64,000 bases of DNA from Lophium mytilinum (taxonomy: Eukaryota), in NCBI GenBank assembly GCA_010093605.1, contig MU004187.1, positions 1,912,882 through 1,976,881 on the forward strand, in the 5' to 3' direction. The notes below the pieces were generated by a model that was given only the letters and a program-made list of their open reading frames with translations, did not search any database and was not told where the DNA came from. Below are positions 62,543 through 64,000 of the stretch, piece by piece. Numbering within the stretch: position 1 is the first letter of the stretch; each line of letters opens with the position of its first letter. The position numbers were made by a program, and so were the translations under genes.

Positions 62543-63583
62543 TCATTCTGCAAGCAATGCTGTCGCGTTCTTTTCGTAAATCTCCGCTCGTTCCTCTTCG
62601 TTGAACAGATCTTCGAGCCCATCCTTCATCCGCTCCGCGAAGTTCTTGACAAACGGTGTTTGTGTGAACGGAAAATCACTTCCATACAGCAGTCGGCGAT
62701 GGTCAATATTGTAACCCTCGAGTAAAGCCTTCAACTGTCCACTCCCACCTTTGTCTCCCGCAAATACAAAGCCAGCCAGATCGAAATAAAATTGCCGTGC
62801 CACAGCTCCGCGAACCTCTTGGTCAACCAACACGGGTCCAGCCGGCACGACGGAAGAGAAGCCGATGAAACGTGAGAGTACAGGTGGCAGACATCCTCCG
62901 GAGTGAGGGATGATAAAGCGAATGTTCGGACAACGGGCCACAGTGCCACTCAAGAAGAGATTCGTTACCGCGCGTGCCGTGTCAAAGAAGAATTCGTACA
63001 TCGGGATCGGATGTTTGGCAGCAAGTGGAGTCGCGTTGACCAGTGTAGGTGGCTCCGAGGCGGAGTTTTGGCAGATTACGCAAGGCATAGTAGGATGGAT
63101 GAACACTCTCGCCTTCAACCTGTCCAATTCCTGGAACACTGAGTCGAAGATGTCAGAGCCTAAGTAGTTTCCGTGGTAGTTGGTCAGGAGACCAAACCCG
63201 TCTGCCCCCTCTTCTTTAGCCTTCTTAATCTCCTCAAAGGTAGCATCAATGTCTGGCAGTGGTAGAGCGGCCCAGTAGCCAAATTTGTCTGGGTGGTCAC
63301 GCTTTAGAGACGCGGCATACGAGTTGCAGAAGCGCGTCAAGCGTATATTGAGGGCGTTGTCTTTGGCGTTGATGTTTGTCCCTGGAGAGCTGATGCTCAG
63401 GATCGATTTGGTGACATTTGCTTTCTTCATCATCTCAAGGTGGCCTTCGAGAGACCACGTCGGTATGGCTGGCATTCCATCAGGCTTCGAGTGGCCATTC
63501 TTTCGAAGCTCGTCGCAGTACTCAGGAGGAAGGAAGTGAGAGTGGACGTCTATCCGTGGTGGTAGCTGAGAATCATCGCCCAT
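62543..63583 (-). CDS. Amidohydrolase-2 family metal-dependent decarboxylase/hydrolase
   Basis: IDVHSHF, LSISSPG, VFIHP, PHSGG, FYFDLAG and LYGSDFPF motifs. Confidence 0.9.
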   Translation of the reverse strand: MGDDSQLPPRIDVHSHFLPPEYCDELRKNGHSKPDGMPAIPTWSLEGHLEMMKKANVTKSILSISSPGTNINAKDNALNIRLTRFCNSYAASLKRDHPDKFGYWAALPLPDIDATFEEIKKAKEEGADGFGLLTNYHGNYLGSDIFDSVFQELDRLKARVFIHPTMPCVICQNSASEPPTLVNATPLAAKHPIPMYEFFFDTARAVTNLFLSGTVARCPNIRFIIPHSGGCLPPVLSRFIGFSSVVPAGPVLVDQEVRGAVARQFYFDLAGFVFAGDKGGSGQLKALLEGYNIDHRRLLYGSDFPFTQTPFVKNFAERMKDGLEDLFNEEERAEIYEKNATALLAE

Positions 63584-64000
63584 TGTCTGATGTTTGTAGT
63601 CTTTGTTGATTATATTCTTGATGCTTGAGTAGTTTGGTTCGGAGAGCACCAGCAGCCTCAAAATCAGATATGTAATCCGGATCGCAGGAACAACGGGGCA
63701 CCTGGACTTATATAGCAGAATTAATGCACACTGCATCCACTAAGCATGCACACCTGGCGCCACTACATTTCGGTGAATGGATCTACCCGCCGCTGCCCCA
63801 CTACCCCTCTGCCTCCGATCCCTTCCCCGATGCCGCCGCCGTCGACGTGTGTCACTCACAACTCCGTCCTCGAGTTATGACCTTTATAACCGCCACCCCA
63901 CCCCCCACAACACCCGACCGCTGCATACGAGGTCGCCAGGATGGAGAAGGTTACGGATAAGATTGCCGCCCTGCCCAGCGATGCGCACTACTTCTCGCTG

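Noticed and set aside
1..64000. Intact transposons, rRNA or CRISPR arrays
   Set aside because: No transposase, RT or integrase motifs, LTR or TIR pairs, rRNA sequence or repeat-spacer arrays were seen by eye.

Overview
Gene-dense, intron-containing window from a filamentous ascomycete (Pezizomycotina; a Dothideomycete is plausible but cannot be proven here). Introns are mostly ~45-60 nt GT-AG with CTAAC/CTGAC branch points. Conserved genes in order: SDO1 (partial), carboxypeptidase Y, a vWA protein, a BTB-like protein, a LigB/DODA-type dioxygenase, a small putative Myb-like protein, pyrG/URA3, the divergent Fet3/Ftr1 iron-uptake pair with six perfect ATCWGATAA sites, an intron-containing tRNA-Arg(TCG), a PhoD phosphatase, TRM61 head-to-head with cysteinyl-tRNA synthetase, a DDX60-like helicase, a second BTB protein, a chromo-like/coiled-coil protein, a GFA protein, an inositol 5-phosphatase, a CHY zinc-finger protein, PRE6, DLD2 and an amidohydrolase-2 decarboxylase. 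Two accessory-looking patches interrupt this backbone. The first (~3.0-6.8 kb) holds a decayed avfA-like pseudogene and a spliced small membrane ORF missed by the ORF track. The second (~37.3-46.1 kb) holds two tandem orphan genes that look like diverged paralogs, the second BTB gene and an NCS1 permease pseudogene. No CRISPR array, rRNA or intact transposon was seen. All family assignments come from motif recognition by eye, not from database searches.
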